Positions 53,536-63,865 of a stretch of DNA of 64,000 nt are shown in pieces; within the stretch, counting starts at the first letter, position 1, and each line of letters opens with the position of its first letter. Made by a program: the position numbers and the translations under genes. Location of the stretch: assembly GCA_963772655.1 (NCBI GenBank), contig CAVYYE010000009.1, positions 214,343 to 278,342 on the forward strand. The letters are read 5' to 3'. The DNA comes from an uncultured delta proteobacterium. Lineage in GTDB: Bacteria > Myxococcota_A > Polyangia > Haliangiales > Haliangiaceae. The notes under the pieces were generated by a model that saw nothing but the letters and a program-made list of their open reading frames with translations, made no database searches and was not told the origin of the DNA.

Positions 53536-55998
53536 ATGTCGGATCGTCCCAGCCACCCCACCGCACGGGCCTACGTGGGGTGGCTCCGCCGGCACGCCGG
53601 TGCGATCGTGCTCGCGCATCTCGCCCTGCTCGGGATCGCGGTCTACCTGATCATCTACCGACTCCCGCTGTTCGCGGACTTCTCGTACCTGCTGCCGCAG
53701 GACGCGCCCGCGGTCAAGGATCTCCACCGACTCGAGGCGCGGCTCAAGGCCACCGACACCGTGCTGGTCGTCATTCGCGCTCCGACGTCCGAGCTCCGTG
53801 CCCAGGCGGCGACCGAGCTCGCGGGCGGGATCCGCAAGCTCCCGCGCGACCTCGTGAGCAGCGTCGTCGACGACGACTCCGAGCTTCGCGGCTTCTTGCG
53901 GGCGCACCGCCATCTGTTCGTGCCGCTGCCCGATCTCGAACGCGCACGAGATGCGTTGCGCGAACGCCTCCACGACGCCAAGCTCGAGGCCAACCCGCTC
54001 TACGTCGACCTCGACGATGACGCCGCGACCAAGGCGGCCGCCTCCAAGCACGAGCTCGAACAGCTGCGTTCGAAGCGACGCGATGCCGAACGCGTGCTCG
54101 ATCGATCTGGCTACGTCGATCGCACCGGAACGATCGCGATCATCGAGGTCCAGATCGCGTTCAGCCCGACCGACATGCAACGCGGCCACCGGTTGATCGA
54201 GGAGCTCCAGGCGATCCGGGATCGCGTCGTCGCCACGCATCCCGGCGTCACCGTGGGGCTCGCCGGCGGCAACATCACCGCGGTCGCCGAGCATGCCGCG
54301 ATCAGCAAGGGCATCGTGCTGTCCAGCCTGATCACCGGGCTCCTCGTCACGCTGCTGCTGGTGATGTTCTTCCGCAGTGCGACGCTGCTCGCGATGCTGG
54401 TCGGCACGATCGGCATCGCGACCGCGGCCGCATTCGGCGCCGCGTCGCTCACCGTCGGACACCTCAACGCCGCGACCGCGTTCCTCGGCGCGATCATCGC
54501 GGGCAACGGGGTCAACTACGGCATCCTCCTGATCGCGCGCTACCTCGAGGAACGACGAACACGCGAGGTCGACGACGCGATCGCGATCGCGATCGCGACC
54601 ACCTTGCGCCCGACCGCGGTGGCATCGCTCGGGGCGTCGATCGCGTACGGCTCGCTCGCCGCGACCAGCTTCAAGGGATTCGCCGACTTCGCGATCATCG
54701 GAGCGCTCGGAATCCAGGTGTGCTGGATCGCATCGTTCGTGCTGTTGCCGGCCCTGATCGTCCGTTGGGGACGCGACACGCGGATCTATCGCGGCGAGCC
54801 GTTCATCGGCCGTGTCCTCGACAAGGTGATCGGGTTCCGCAAGCCGCGCGTGGTGGTCACGGTGATCACGGTACTGTCGCTCGTCGCCGGTGTGGTGGTG
54901 TTCCGCTTCATCGCGGCGGACCCGTTCGAGTACGACATGAAGAAGCTGCGGTCCGAGGGCGAGGACGCCATCACCGCGCGCAACTGGATGAAGCTCGCCG
55001 ACGAGAACTTCGGCCGCGGCCATGCCGGCCCGACGTTCATCGCGGCCGACCGTCCCGAGCAGGTCCCGCAGATCGTGAAGGCGCTGCGCGCCGCCGATCC
55101 CGATCACGAGGTGATCGGAAAGATCATGTCGATGGCCGCACTGATTCCCGATCACCAGCGCGAAAAGCTCGCGGTGCTCGCCCAGATCCGCAACATGCTG
55201 GACGACGACGCGCTCGCCGATCTCGACGATCACGAGCGCGCCGAGCTCGCCGAGCTGCGACCGCCGAACAACCTCGGCGTGATCACGCCCGACGACCTAC
55301 CGAAACAGCTGCGCGACGCGCTGACCGAGAAGGACGGCCGGGTCGGACTCCTGATCGGGCTCAACATCGCCGACCAGCTCGACGACTGGAACGGTCACGA
55401 CCTGATGCGGTTCGCATCGATCGTCCGGAAGATCGATCTCCCGGACGGCGCCACGGTGACGACCTCCGGAACCAGCGTGATCTTCGCGGACATCATCGAG
55501 ACCATTCGCGACGATGGGCCGTTCGTCACCCTGATCGCGGCGATCGGGCTCGGCCTCATGGTGCTGCTGCTCGTCGGGTTCAATCGCTGCGCACTCGCCG
55601 TCGGGCTCGCGACGGGCGTCGGCACGTTGGGGATGATCGCCGCGTGCGCGGTGCTCGACATCAAGGTGACGTTCCTCGACTTCGTCGCGCTCCCGATCAC
55701 GCTCGGCCTCGGCATCGACTACGCGATCAACATCGCCCACCGCCACCACGGCGAGAGCATCGTCGTCCCGCTCTCGCTCAACAGCAGCGCGGTGTTCGTG
55801 TGCTCGCTGACCACGATCATCGGCTACGGATCGCTGCTCCTCAGCGACAACCTCGCGATCCGCGGGTTCGGCTCGGCATCGTTGATCGGTGAAATCACGT
55901 GCGTGTTGTCGGCGCTCGTGATCGTTCCGGCGGTGCTCGCCCATCGCTCCGCTCCCGCGACCGATCCGGCGACGCTGGTCTATCCCGACCCCCGCTAG
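53536..55998 (+). CDS. MMPL/RND-superfamily exporter (two sterol-sensing-like 6-TM bundles, HpnN-like)
   Basis: 820 aa with 12 TM segments in two repeats separated by periplasmic domains. RND/MMPL-like topology. Confidence 0.8.
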   Translation: MSDRPSHPTARAYVGWLRRHAGAIVLAHLALLGIAVYLIIYRLPLFADFSYLLPQDAPAVKDLHRLEARLKATDTVLVVIRAPTSELRAQAATELAGGIRKLPRDLVSSVVDDDSELRGFLRAHRHLFVPLPDLERARDALRERLHDAKLEANPLYVDLDDDAATKAAASKHELEQLRSKRRDAERVLDRSGYVDRTGTIAIIEVQIAFSPTDMQRGHRLIEELQAIRDRVVATHPGVTVGLAGGNITAVAEHAAISKGIVLSSLITGLLVTLLLVMFFRSATLLAMLVGTIGIATAAAFGAASLTVGHLNAATAFLGAIIAGNGVNYGILLIARYLEERRTREVDDAIAIAIATTLRPTAVASLGASIAYGSLAATSFKGFADFAIIGALGIQVCWIASFVLLPALIVRWGRDTRIYRGEPFIGRVLDKVIGFRKPRVVVTVITVLSLVAGVVVFRFIAADPFEYDMKKLRSEGEDAITARNWMKLADENFGRGHAGPTFIAADRPEQVPQIVKALRAADPDHEVIGKIMSMAALIPDHQREKLAVLAQIRNMLDDDALADLDDHERAELAELRPPNNLGVITPDDLPKQLRDALTEKDGRVGLLIGLNIADQLDDWNGHDLMRFASIVRKIDLPDGATVTTSGTSVIFADIIETIRDDGPFVTLIAAIGLGLMVLLLVGFNRCALAVGLATGVGTLGMIAACAVLDIKVTFLDFVALPITLGLGIDYAINIAHRHHGESIVVPLSLNSSAVFVCSLTTIIGYGSLLLSDNLAIRGFGSASLIGEITCVLSALVIVPAVLAHRSAPATDPATLVYPDPR

Positions 55999-56016
55999 CT
56001 GCGGTATCCACGTCAC

Positions 56017-57165
56017 GTGATCTCGCCATCGCGTGATGAGGTGCCGTCTCGAGTCCGGATCGGAACCCGTGTCGCGCCGTGGGTCGCGTGGCTCGTACCG
56101 CGCGTCTACCGTCCACCCACGCGCGAGCTATCGGACGAGCTCCCGGTCCCCGTCGATCACTGGACCGTGGTCGCCGACGGGCATCACAACCTGACCACCG
56201 ATCTCGCGTGGTGGCGCGGCGCGTACTACCTCGTGCACTCGCGATCGCCGTGGCACATGGCGAGCGCCGATAGCCGGATCGTGATCTGGCGCTCGACCGA
56301 CGCGCGCACGTGGGAACAGGTCGCCGAGATCGCGAATCCCGCCGGCGACATCCGCGATCCCAAGCTCGCCGTGATCGGCGATCGCCTGTTCCTCTACATC
56401 CTGCGCAACGAGCAACTGGTCGCGGAACCGTGCGGCACCTCGTTCACGGTGTCCGACGACGGTCGCACGTGGGCGCCGATCCGCCCGTGCGGTCCCGAGG
56501 GCTGGCTGTTCTGGCGCCCCAAGCAGCGCGACGACGGCCGCTGGCTCGTGCCCGCGTACTGGCGCGATCACGGTCGCTCGATCTTGCTCGAGAGCGAGGA
56601 CGGCGAGCGCTGGTCGCAGATCGCGCACATTCACGAGGGCGATCGCAACGACGAGACCGATCTCGAGCTCCTGCCCGGCGGGCGCGCGATCGTGACCGCG
56701 CGCCTCGAGATCTCCGACTCGATGTTCGGCGACGACGGCGCCTGTACGCTGGTCGCCGCCGCCGACCCGCCGTACACGACGTGGACCACCCATCGCTGCC
56801 CCGCGACCCGACTCGACGGCCCCAACCTGTTCTCGTACGACGGTGAGGTCTACGCGGTCGGCCGGCGCCACCGTCGCGCCCGCGGCCGCTTCAACCGCCG
56901 CGCCGGCATGCTCGGACGCAAGCGCACGGCGCTCTATCACGTCACCGCGCGGGGACTCGTGCACCTCCTCGATCTCCCGAGCTCGGGCGACACCGGCTAC
57001 CCCGGGGTGGTGCTGCGCGGCGACGAGCTGACGATCTGTTACTACACGAACGATCCCCAGACCGATCCGAGCTGGTTCGCCGGCATGTTCCTGCCGAGCG
57101 AGATCCGCGTCGCGCAGTTGTCGATGGTCGACGTCGCCAGGCTCGCGCGCACGCCCGGCTGGTGA
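56017..57165 (+). CDS. Hypothetical protein, possible BNR/sialidase-like beta-propeller. GTG start uncertain.
   Basis: Repeated W/D-containing strands (IVIWRSTDARTWEQV, TVSDDGRTWAPI, ESEDGERWSQI) reminiscent of exo-alpha-sialidase or BNR propellers. Confidence 0.45.
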   Translation: MISPSRDEVPSRVRIGTRVAPWVAWLVPRVYRPPTRELSDELPVPVDHWTVVADGHHNLTTDLAWWRGAYYLVHSRSPWHMASADSRIVIWRSTDARTWEQVAEIANPAGDIRDPKLAVIGDRLFLYILRNEQLVAEPCGTSFTVSDDGRTWAPIRPCGPEGWLFWRPKQRDDGRWLVPAYWRDHGRSILLESEDGERWSQIAHIHEGDRNDETDLELLPGGRAIVTARLEISDSMFGDDGACTLVAAADPPYTTWTTHRCPATRLDGPNLFSYDGEVYAVGRRHRRARGRFNRRAGMLGRKRTALYHVTARGLVHLLDLPSSGDTGYPGVVLRGDELTICYYTNDPQTDPSWFAGMFLPSEIRVAQLSMVDVARLARTPGW

Positions 57166-57214
57166 CCGCGGTCGCGGTGGTCAGCAGGTTGGCATCCTGC
57201 TACGCTCGTGCGCC

Positions 57215-57496
57215 GTGGTTCGGCTCGTCCTGATCTTGTCGGTGGCTCTGCTGGTCGGGAACGCGACCAGCCTGATCCCCGACTCCGACGACGTCGAATG
57301 TCCGGACGGCGGCAAGCAATGCCCACCGAGCTGCCCGACCTGCACGTGCGTGTGTCACTCGCTGAAGTCCGCGCCGGCCGTGTTTGTCGAGCTCGAACCG
57401 ATCACGTGGACGCGCCAGATCTCCGAGCTTCCGGCGCCCGACACCGGACCGGGTCGGCGCGCTCCCGCGCCTTCGACGCGGCCTCCGATCGCGTGA
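57215..57496 (+). CDS. Small secreted Cys-rich protein (93 aa; CPDGGKQCPPSCPTCTCVCH cluster) immediately upstream of the czcCBA-type operon. Candidate periplasmic metal-binding or sensor protein.
   Basis: GTG start and signal peptide MVRLVLILSVALLVG. GC3 of this frame is about 80% versus about 55% for the overlapping alternative frame. Confidence 0.5.
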   Translation: MVRLVLILSVALLVGNATSLIPDSDDVECPDGGKQCPPSCPTCTCVCHSLKSAPAVFVELEPITWTRQISELPAPDTGPGRRAPAPSTRPPIA

Positions 57497-57555
57497 GCTG
57501 ACTCCCCAACTGGATCAGCTCGACGCGGGCACCGCGAGGTGCCCGAGGAGGATAC

Positions 57556-58791
57556 ATGCATACGCTCATGACGGCGCTCGCCGTTGTCGGGACCGTGGGT
57601 CTCGCAACGTCGGTGCGTGCACGACCGCTCACCCTCGACCAGGCACTCGACCGCGCGACGCGTAGGCCGAGCGTTCGACTCGCGACGCTCGACGTCGCCT
57701 CGGCTCGCGCCGACGCGCGCGGCGCGGCACTCCCCACCCACGATCCCCAGCTCTCCGCTGGTGGCGGACCGCGTCTCGGCGCCGGTCGCCCCGAGCTCCA
57801 GATCGAGCTCGCGCTGTCCCAGACCTTCGAGCTCGGCGGCAAACGCTCCGCGCGCATCGAGGTCGCCGATGCCCGAACGCGGGCGATCGAGATCGCGCGC
57901 GATGCCGAGCTCCTCTCCGCACGCGTCGAGGCGTGGCGCGCCTTCGAGCACGTGCTGCTGGCGCGCGACCGAGTTGCCACGCGCCGCGAGGTCGAACACC
58001 TCGCGACCACGCTCGCCACCGCGATTCAGCGCGGCGCCGCCGCCGGGGGAACTACGGAGCTCCGCGCGAACGTCGCCGTTGCCGAAGCCGGGCGCGCCGC
58101 CAGCGAACGAACCGCCGCGCAGGCCGAGCTCGCCACGGCGCGCGCGCGCCTGGCCACCGCGATCGGCGCCGGCCCCGCAGAACCACTCGACGTCACGGGT
58201 GAGGTAGTGGATCCGCCTGCCCTCCGGGTTGCCATCGACCGGCTCGTCGAGCGTGCGCTGCGAACGCATCCGGCAGCCACGATCGCCGACCAGCGGCTCG
58301 CGGTCGCGCGTGCGCGCGTCACCGACGCGGATGCTCGTGGCGCTCCCGACCTCACCGTCGGGCTCGGCTATGCCTACGATCCCGACCCCGACGGCGCACA
58401 CGTCGTGGTCGGAACGCTTTCGATCCCGCTCGCGATCCGTAATCGCAACCAGGGCGAGCGCGCCGCCGCCCGCATCGGTGCCAAGCGCGCCGACCTCGAA
58501 CGCTCCTACACGCGCCTCGAGATCGAGCGGGCGGTGCGGCTCGCCGTCGGCAACTATCGACGTGCGCGTGCGGCGGTCGCGGGATTCGACCGCGGCGTCC
58601 TCGAGCAACTCGGCCGCAATCTCGCCGCGGCGCAGGATGCCTACTCGAAGGGAGGCCTCGACTTCGTCGAGCTCACCGCCACCAAACGCGAGCTGATCGC
58701 ATCGCGGATCGCCTACCTCGACGCGCGCCTCGCGCTGATCGACGCGTGGGCGGATCTCGCCGTCGCGACCGGGATGGAGGTGAGCCCATGA
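57556..58791 (+). CDS. TolC-family outer membrane efflux protein (CzcC-like)
   Basis: Signal peptide and two-repeat alpha-helical/beta-barrel OMF architecture. It sits in an operon with an MFP and an HME-RND pump. Confidence 0.85.
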   Translation: MHTLMTALAVVGTVGLATSVRARPLTLDQALDRATRRPSVRLATLDVASARADARGAALPTHDPQLSAGGGPRLGAGRPELQIELALSQTFELGGKRSARIEVADARTRAIEIARDAELLSARVEAWRAFEHVLLARDRVATRREVEHLATTLATAIQRGAAAGGTTELRANVAVAEAGRAASERTAAQAELATARARLATAIGAGPAEPLDVTGEVVDPPALRVAIDRLVERALRTHPAATIADQRLAVARARVTDADARGAPDLTVGLGYAYDPDPDGAHVVVGTLSIPLAIRNRNQGERAAARIGAKRADLERSYTRLEIERAVRLAVGNYRRARAAVAGFDRGVLEQLGRNLAAAQDAYSKGGLDFVELTATKRELIASRIAYLDARLALIDAWADLAVATGMEVSP

Positions 58792-59921
58792 GGTGGATGC
58801 TGTCGCTCGTCTGTGTCGTGGCGTGCGGCAAGCCCGCCTCCGACGCGGCTCCCGCGCGGACCGAGCCGGAGGACCCGTCGACGCCGCAGCGGGTCTCGGT
58901 CTCGGAGCGGGTCGCGAAGGATGCCGGCATCCAGGTCGCGGCCGTCGAGATGGGTACGCTGCCGGCCACCGTGGAGCTGATCGGTGAGGTCGCCGCGGAT
59001 CCCGATCGTCTGGCGAAAGTGCCGGTCCGCGTGAGTGGCCGGCTCGTCGAGGTGCGGTTCCAGGAAGGCCAACACGTGGACGCCGGTGACGTGCTCGCCT
59101 CGATCGAGTCGAGCCAGGTGGCGCGGGTCCGCGCCGAGCTGACCGCCACGCGCACGCGCGCGAATGCCGCGCACAAACGTGTCGAGCGCCTCGAGAAGCT
59201 GGTCGAGGGCGGCACCGCATCGGCACAGGATCTCGAGACCGCGCGCGCCGAGGTCGCGGTGCTCGATGCCGACGTCGCCGCCGCGCGTCAGACGCTCGCC
59301 AGTATCGGGGGCGGCGGTGGCGCGACCGCACGGCTCCAGATCCGCGCACCGTTCGCCGGCGTCGTCCTCGCGCGCGACGGCGTCGTCGGCCAACCCGTCG
59401 GCGCCGATCACGTTGTCGCCGACATCGTCGACCTCGACGAGGCCTACTTCCTGGCGCGGCTGTTCGAGCACGACCTGCCCCGCGTCCACGAGGGCGCAGC
59501 GGCGTACGTCCGGCTCGACGCCTATCCGGAGCTCGAGTTTCCGGGCAAGGTGGTCACGATCGGCCGCCAGGTCGATCCGGTCGCACGCGCGGTGATCGCG
59601 CGCATCGCGATCCGCGACCGCGAGGCGCGGCTCAAGATCGGACTGTTCGGAACAGCCGTCGTGGTGATTCCGGACCCGGCGACGATGCCGCGGCTGCCGA
59701 TCGTACCGATCAGCGCCGTCACGCGGATCGAGGACAAGCCGGTCGTGTTCGTCGAGGTCGCGCCGCGCACGTTCGAGGCGCGCCCCGTCGAGCTCGGTCA
59801 CCACGCGCGCGACAAGATCGAGATCGCGAAGGGACTCGCGGAGGGCGATCGCGTCGCCACGGCGGGCGTGTTCTCGCTCAAGAGCCTCGCCCTCAAGTCG
59901 ACCTACGGCGAGGAGGATTGA
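58788..59921 (+). CDS. RND efflux periplasmic adaptor (membrane fusion protein, CzcB-like)
   Basis: Lipobox-like LVCVVACG, biotinyl/lipoyl-like hairpin and beta-barrel MFP motifs. The start overlaps the upstream stop (ATGA). Confidence 0.85.
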   Translation: MRWMLSLVCVVACGKPASDAAPARTEPEDPSTPQRVSVSERVAKDAGIQVAAVEMGTLPATVELIGEVAADPDRLAKVPVRVSGRLVEVRFQEGQHVDAGDVLASIESSQVARVRAELTATRTRANAAHKRVERLEKLVEGGTASAQDLETARAEVAVLDADVAAARQTLASIGGGGGATARLQIRAPFAGVVLARDGVVGQPVGADHVVADIVDLDEAYFLARLFEHDLPRVHEGAAAYVRLDAYPELEFPGKVVTIGRQVDPVARAVIARIAIRDREARLKIGLFGTAVVVIPDPATMPRLPIVPISAVTRIEDKPVVFVEVAPRTFEARPVELGHHARDKIEIAKGLAEGDRVATAGVFSLKSLALKSTYGEED

Positions 59922-59922
59922 G

Positions 59923-62900
59923 ATGGCACTGATCCGGGCCATCCTGGCATGGTCGTTACGCAACCGGATGCTCGTGATCGTCGGGTTCCTCGCGCTGATC
60001 GCGTTCGGGGTCCGCGCCGCGCTCCGGCTTCCGATCGACGCGGTGCCGGACGTCACCAACGTCCAGATCCAGATCATCACGACCGCCCCGGCGCTGTCGC
60101 CGGTCGAGGTCGAACAGTACGTGTCCGTTCCCGTCGAACGTGCGATGGCCGGCATCCCGAAGGCCACCGAGATCCGCTCGATGTCGAAGTACGGCATCTC
60201 GGTCGTGACGATCGCGTTCGAGGATGGCACCGACATCTACTTCGCGCGCCAGCTCGTGGCCGAGCGCATGCGCGAGGCCGAGGACGCCGTACCCGAGGAG
60301 TACGGCACGCCGGAGCTCGGCCCGATCTCGACCGGGCTCGGCGAGATCTACCAGTTCGTCGTGCGAGGAGACGGCCACTCGCCGCGCGAGCTCAAGGAGA
60401 CGCTCGACTGGTACATCGCGCCGCAGTTACGCATGGTGCCCGGCGTCGTCGAGGTCAACAGTTTCGGCGGCGAGACCAAGCAATACGAGGTCGCGCTCGA
60501 TCCCCGGCGACTCCAGGCGTCGGGGATCAGCGTGTCCGACGTCGTCGCCGCGATCGACCGTGCGAATGGCAACGCCGGTGGTGGCTACCTCGAGCACGGC
60601 CCAGAGCAGCTGGTCGTCGGATCGGTCGGGCTGATCCGATCGATCGACGATCTCCGCAAGGTCGTCGTCGGATCCAGCGACGATGGCGTGCCGATCACGA
60701 TCGGCCGTGTGGCGAGCCGCATCGAGCTCGGTGCCGCGCTCCGGCGCGGTGCCGCATCGATCGACGGCCGGGGAGAAGTCACGATCGGTGTCGTGATGAT
60801 GCTGATGGGCGCGAACTCGCGCACCGTCACCGAGGCCGTGAAGGCGAAGATCGCCGAGCTCGCACCGTCGTTGCCGAAGGGGATCCGGATCGAGCCGTTC
60901 TACGACCGATCCGCGCTGGTCGACCGCACGATCCGCACGGTCGCGTCGAACCTCGCCGAAGGCGCGCTGCTCGTGGTGCTCGTGCTCGTGCTCCTGCTCG
61001 GCAACCTGCGTGCCGGCGCGATCGTGGCGCTCGTGATTCCGCTCGCGATGCTGGTCGCGTTGCTGCTCATGAACGCGGTAGGTGCGTCGGGAAACCTGAT
61101 GAGCCTCGGAGCGATCGACTTCGGCCTGATCGTGGATGGCGCGGTGATCGTGGTCGAAAATGCAGTGCGGAGGCTCGCCGAGCGACGGCGACTGGTGGGT
61201 CGAGAGCTGACGGGAGAGGAACGCACCGCGATCGTCGAGGCCGCGGCCTCGGAGATGGTGTCCGCGAGCTTGTTCGGGCAGCTCATCATCGCGATCGTCT
61301 ATCTGCCGATCCTCTGGCTCGGTGGCATCGAAGGAAAGCTCTTCCACCCGATGGCCACGACCGTCCTATTCGCGCTCGGCGGCGCGTTCCTCGCGACCAT
61401 CACCCTCGTACCGGTGCTGGCGAGCATGATCCTGCGTGGACACCACGAGAAGGAGACCTGGCTGATGCGGGCGGCCCACCGCGTGTATCACCCCGTACTC
61501 GACCGGGTGATGCGCCGGCGCACGTTCGCGCTCGCCGGTGGCGTGCTCGCACTCGCCGCGACCGTGGTCGTCGGTCGCCACATCGGCGCCGAGTTCGTGC
61601 CCAAGCTCGACGAAGGCGACGTGCTCGTCGAGGCGAGGCGGCTTCCGGGCGTCGCGCTGTCGGAATCGATCGCGACCGACCGGCGCCTGCAGAACGCACT
61701 CCTCGAGGTTCCGGAGGTCGAGCACGTGGTCTCGAAGACCGGGGCTCCCGATCTCGCGAACGACCCGATGGGCATCGAACAGACCGACGTCTACATCCAG
61801 CTGAAGCCGCTCGACCAGTGGCGGGAGGGGTACGTCAAGGCCGACGTCGCCGCCGCGGTGACCGAAGCACTCGAGACCAACGTACCGGAGCTATCGATCG
61901 GACTGTCCCAACCGATCGAGATGCGGACGAACGAGCTCGTCGCCGGCGTCAAGTCCGACATCGCGATCGAGATCTACGGCGACGACCTCCACCAGCTCCA
62001 GCGCCTCGCGCGAACAGTCGCCGCCGTGGTGCGCGAGGTGCCCGGGGCAGTCGACGTTCGTGCGGAACAGGGACAGGGCTTGTCGTACCTGCGGGTGATT
62101 CCGGATCGCGATGCACTCGCGCGACACGGCCTCACGATCGCCAACGTCAATGCCCTGACCGAGGCATTGGCAGTCGGCCACCGCGTGGGGGTCGTCCGCG
62201 AGGGGGATCGCCGGTTCGCGATCGCCGTCAAGCTCGACGGCATCGACGGTGATCTCGAGCGCGTGCGCAAGCTCCCCCTCCGCTCGGCCCGCGGCGAGAT
62301 CGTGCCCCTCGGCGACGTCGCGACCGTCGAGTCCGTGACCGGGCCGCTCGTGGTCAACCGCAACAAGCTATCTCGCCGGATCACCGTCGAGGCCAACGCG
62401 CGCGGTCGCGACCTGGTATCGGTCGTCGACGACGCGCGCGCTGCCGTCGCACGTGGCGTCCGGTTGCCGCCCGGATACCGGATCGAGTGGGGTGGCACGT
62501 TCGAGCACTTCCTCAGCGCCAAGGCGCGGCTGCAGATCGTGGTGCCGCTGGCGCTCCTGGCGATCTTGTTCCTGCTCTGGCGAGCCTTCGATCGCGCACG
62601 GCCGGCGCTGTTGATCTTCCTCAACATCCCGTTCGCGATCATCGGAGGGGTGCTCGCGCTCGCAGTTCGCGGGTTGCCGTTCTCGATCTCGGCGGGCGTC
62701 GGATTCATCGCGCTGTTCGGCGTGGCCGTTCTCAACGGGATCGTGCTCGTGTCGTTCGCGCGCCAGCTCGAGGCCCGAGGGCATACCCCCCACGACGCGA
62801 TCGCCGAGGCCGCGCGGCGTCGGCTTCGGCCGGTCCTGATGACGGCCCTGGTCGCGGCTCTCGGCTTCGTCCCGATGGCGCTATCGACCGCACCGGGCAG

Positions 62901-63063
62901 CGAGGTCCAGCGACCGCTGGCGACCGTCGTGATCGGAGGACTGATCAGCGCGACGCTGCTCACGTTGGTGTTGTTCCCCGCGGTGTACTCCCTCGCCCAT
63001 CGCCGCTCTCGCACGTCGCCGAGCATCCTCGCGAGACATCGCGACCCCGCGGAACCATCGTGA
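59923..63063 (+). CDS. czcA: Heavy-metal efflux RND pump, CzcA/CusA family
   Basis: 1046 aa. The TM4 signature GAIDFGLIVDGAVIVVEN (HME-RND A-x5-D-x6-E motif) and 12-TM RND topology. Confidence 0.93.
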   Translation: MALIRAILAWSLRNRMLVIVGFLALIAFGVRAALRLPIDAVPDVTNVQIQIITTAPALSPVEVEQYVSVPVERAMAGIPKATEIRSMSKYGISVVTIAFEDGTDIYFARQLVAERMREAEDAVPEEYGTPELGPISTGLGEIYQFVVRGDGHSPRELKETLDWYIAPQLRMVPGVVEVNSFGGETKQYEVALDPRRLQASGISVSDVVAAIDRANGNAGGGYLEHGPEQLVVGSVGLIRSIDDLRKVVVGSSDDGVPITIGRVASRIELGAALRRGAASIDGRGEVTIGVVMMLMGANSRTVTEAVKAKIAELAPSLPKGIRIEPFYDRSALVDRTIRTVASNLAEGALLVVLVLVLLLGNLRAGAIVALVIPLAMLVALLLMNAVGASGNLMSLGAIDFGLIVDGAVIVVENAVRRLAERRRLVGRELTGEERTAIVEAAASEMVSASLFGQLIIAIVYLPILWLGGIEGKLFHPMATTVLFALGGAFLATITLVPVLASMILRGHHEKETWLMRAAHRVYHPVLDRVMRRRTFALAGGVLALAATVVVGRHIGAEFVPKLDEGDVLVEARRLPGVALSESIATDRRLQNALLEVPEVEHVVSKTGAPDLANDPMGIEQTDVYIQLKPLDQWREGYVKADVAAAVTEALETNVPELSIGLSQPIEMRTNELVAGVKSDIAIEIYGDDLHQLQRLARTVAAVVREVPGAVDVRAEQGQGLSYLRVIPDRDALARHGLTIANVNALTEALAVGHRVGVVREGDRRFAIAVKLDGIDGDLERVRKLPLRSARGEIVPLGDVATVESVTGPLVVNRNKLSRRITVEANARGRDLVSVVDDARAAVARGVRLPPGYRIEWGGTFEHFLSAKARLQIVVPLALLAILFLLWRAFDRARPALLIFLNIPFAIIGGVLALAVRGLPFSISAGVGFIALFGVAVLNGIVLVSFARQLEARGHTPHDAIAEAARRRLRPVLMTALVAALGFVPMALSTAPGSEVQRPLATVVIGGLISATLLTLVLFPAVYSLAHRRSRTSPSILARHRDPAEPS

Positions 63064-63085
63064 GCCATCCCGGATGGCGCGTGAT

Positions 63086-63865
63086 TCACGAAGGCCCGGT
63101 ATACCGAGACAGCAGCGGCGTCTCGTTCGATCGCGGATCGGTCGACCACTTCTGGCGGAGCCGGAAGTACTCGCGCAACTCGTCCTCGTACTCGTTCGAG
63201 ATCGGGTGATGGTGCGGTCGCGTGGGTGCCCCCCGGAGGATTTCCTTCGTCAGACGTAGATCGACGAGGCGCTCGGCCCATCTCACGCCATCGACCCAGC
63301 GCGGCGGGATCAGGACGTGTCCGCCCGGCCGCCAGTTCGTGGTGTCCACCGCGAGGTAACGGATCACCCAACCTTCGTCGTCGATCACGAGATCCTCGAC
63401 GTGCCCGAGCTGCGCGTCGATCGAATGGAGCCGACAGCCGACGAGCTCGCGACTACTCCGCAGGTGAGGATCGACGTCGCTCGGTTGGTCGTTGCTCGGC
63501 TCGGTCGGCAAGGCCGATAGGCCGCGGCCCTCCCACAACCCGCGGGCCGCTCTGGCCTGGTTGTAGTAGTCGTCGAACCACGACGCCTGGTGCCGGGAGA
63601 GCGGGCTGTCGGGATCGACGGACGGACTGTCCTCCACCTGCTGGGTGGTGAGACCGGAGGAGATCGTGCCGAACAACGGATCGGGCTTGCCGAGCGTGTT
63701 CGGTGCCAACAGCACCTTGTGCGTGCCCGGCCACCCCTTCGTCTTGATGATCAGGTAGCGAACCACCCACCGTTCGTCGTCGAAGTAGACCCCCGCGACG
63801 TGACCGATCACGCCGTCGGTGGCCTCGATCTGATAGCCCGTGAGCCGGTCGAGTGTGAGCAGCAT
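63086..63865 (-). CDS. PRC-barrel domain protein (two PRC domains)
   Basis: LTGYQIEATDGVIGHVAGVYFDDERWVVRYLII and LVGCRLHSIDAQLGHVEDLVIDDEGWVIRYLAVD PRC-barrel motifs. Confidence 0.75.
   Translation of the reverse strand: MLLTLDRLTGYQIEATDGVIGHVAGVYFDDERWVVRYLIIKTKGWPGTHKVLLAPNTLGKPDPLFGTISSGLTTQQVEDSPSVDPDSPLSRHQASWFDDYYNQARAARGLWEGRGLSALPTEPSNDQPSDVDPHLRSSRELVGCRLHSIDAQLGHVEDLVIDDEGWVIRYLAVDTTNWRPGGHVLIPPRWVDGVRWAERLVDLRLTKEILRGAPTRPHHHPISNEYEDELREYFRLRQKWSTDPRSNETPLLSRYTGPS

Noticed and set aside
51965-55233. ORFs 51965..53566 and the portion of 51991..55233 upstream of 53442
   Set aside because: Only the region from the Tat-signal Met (53442) downward matches the phosphoesterase family. 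The remainder is antisense to the MMPL exporter gene.
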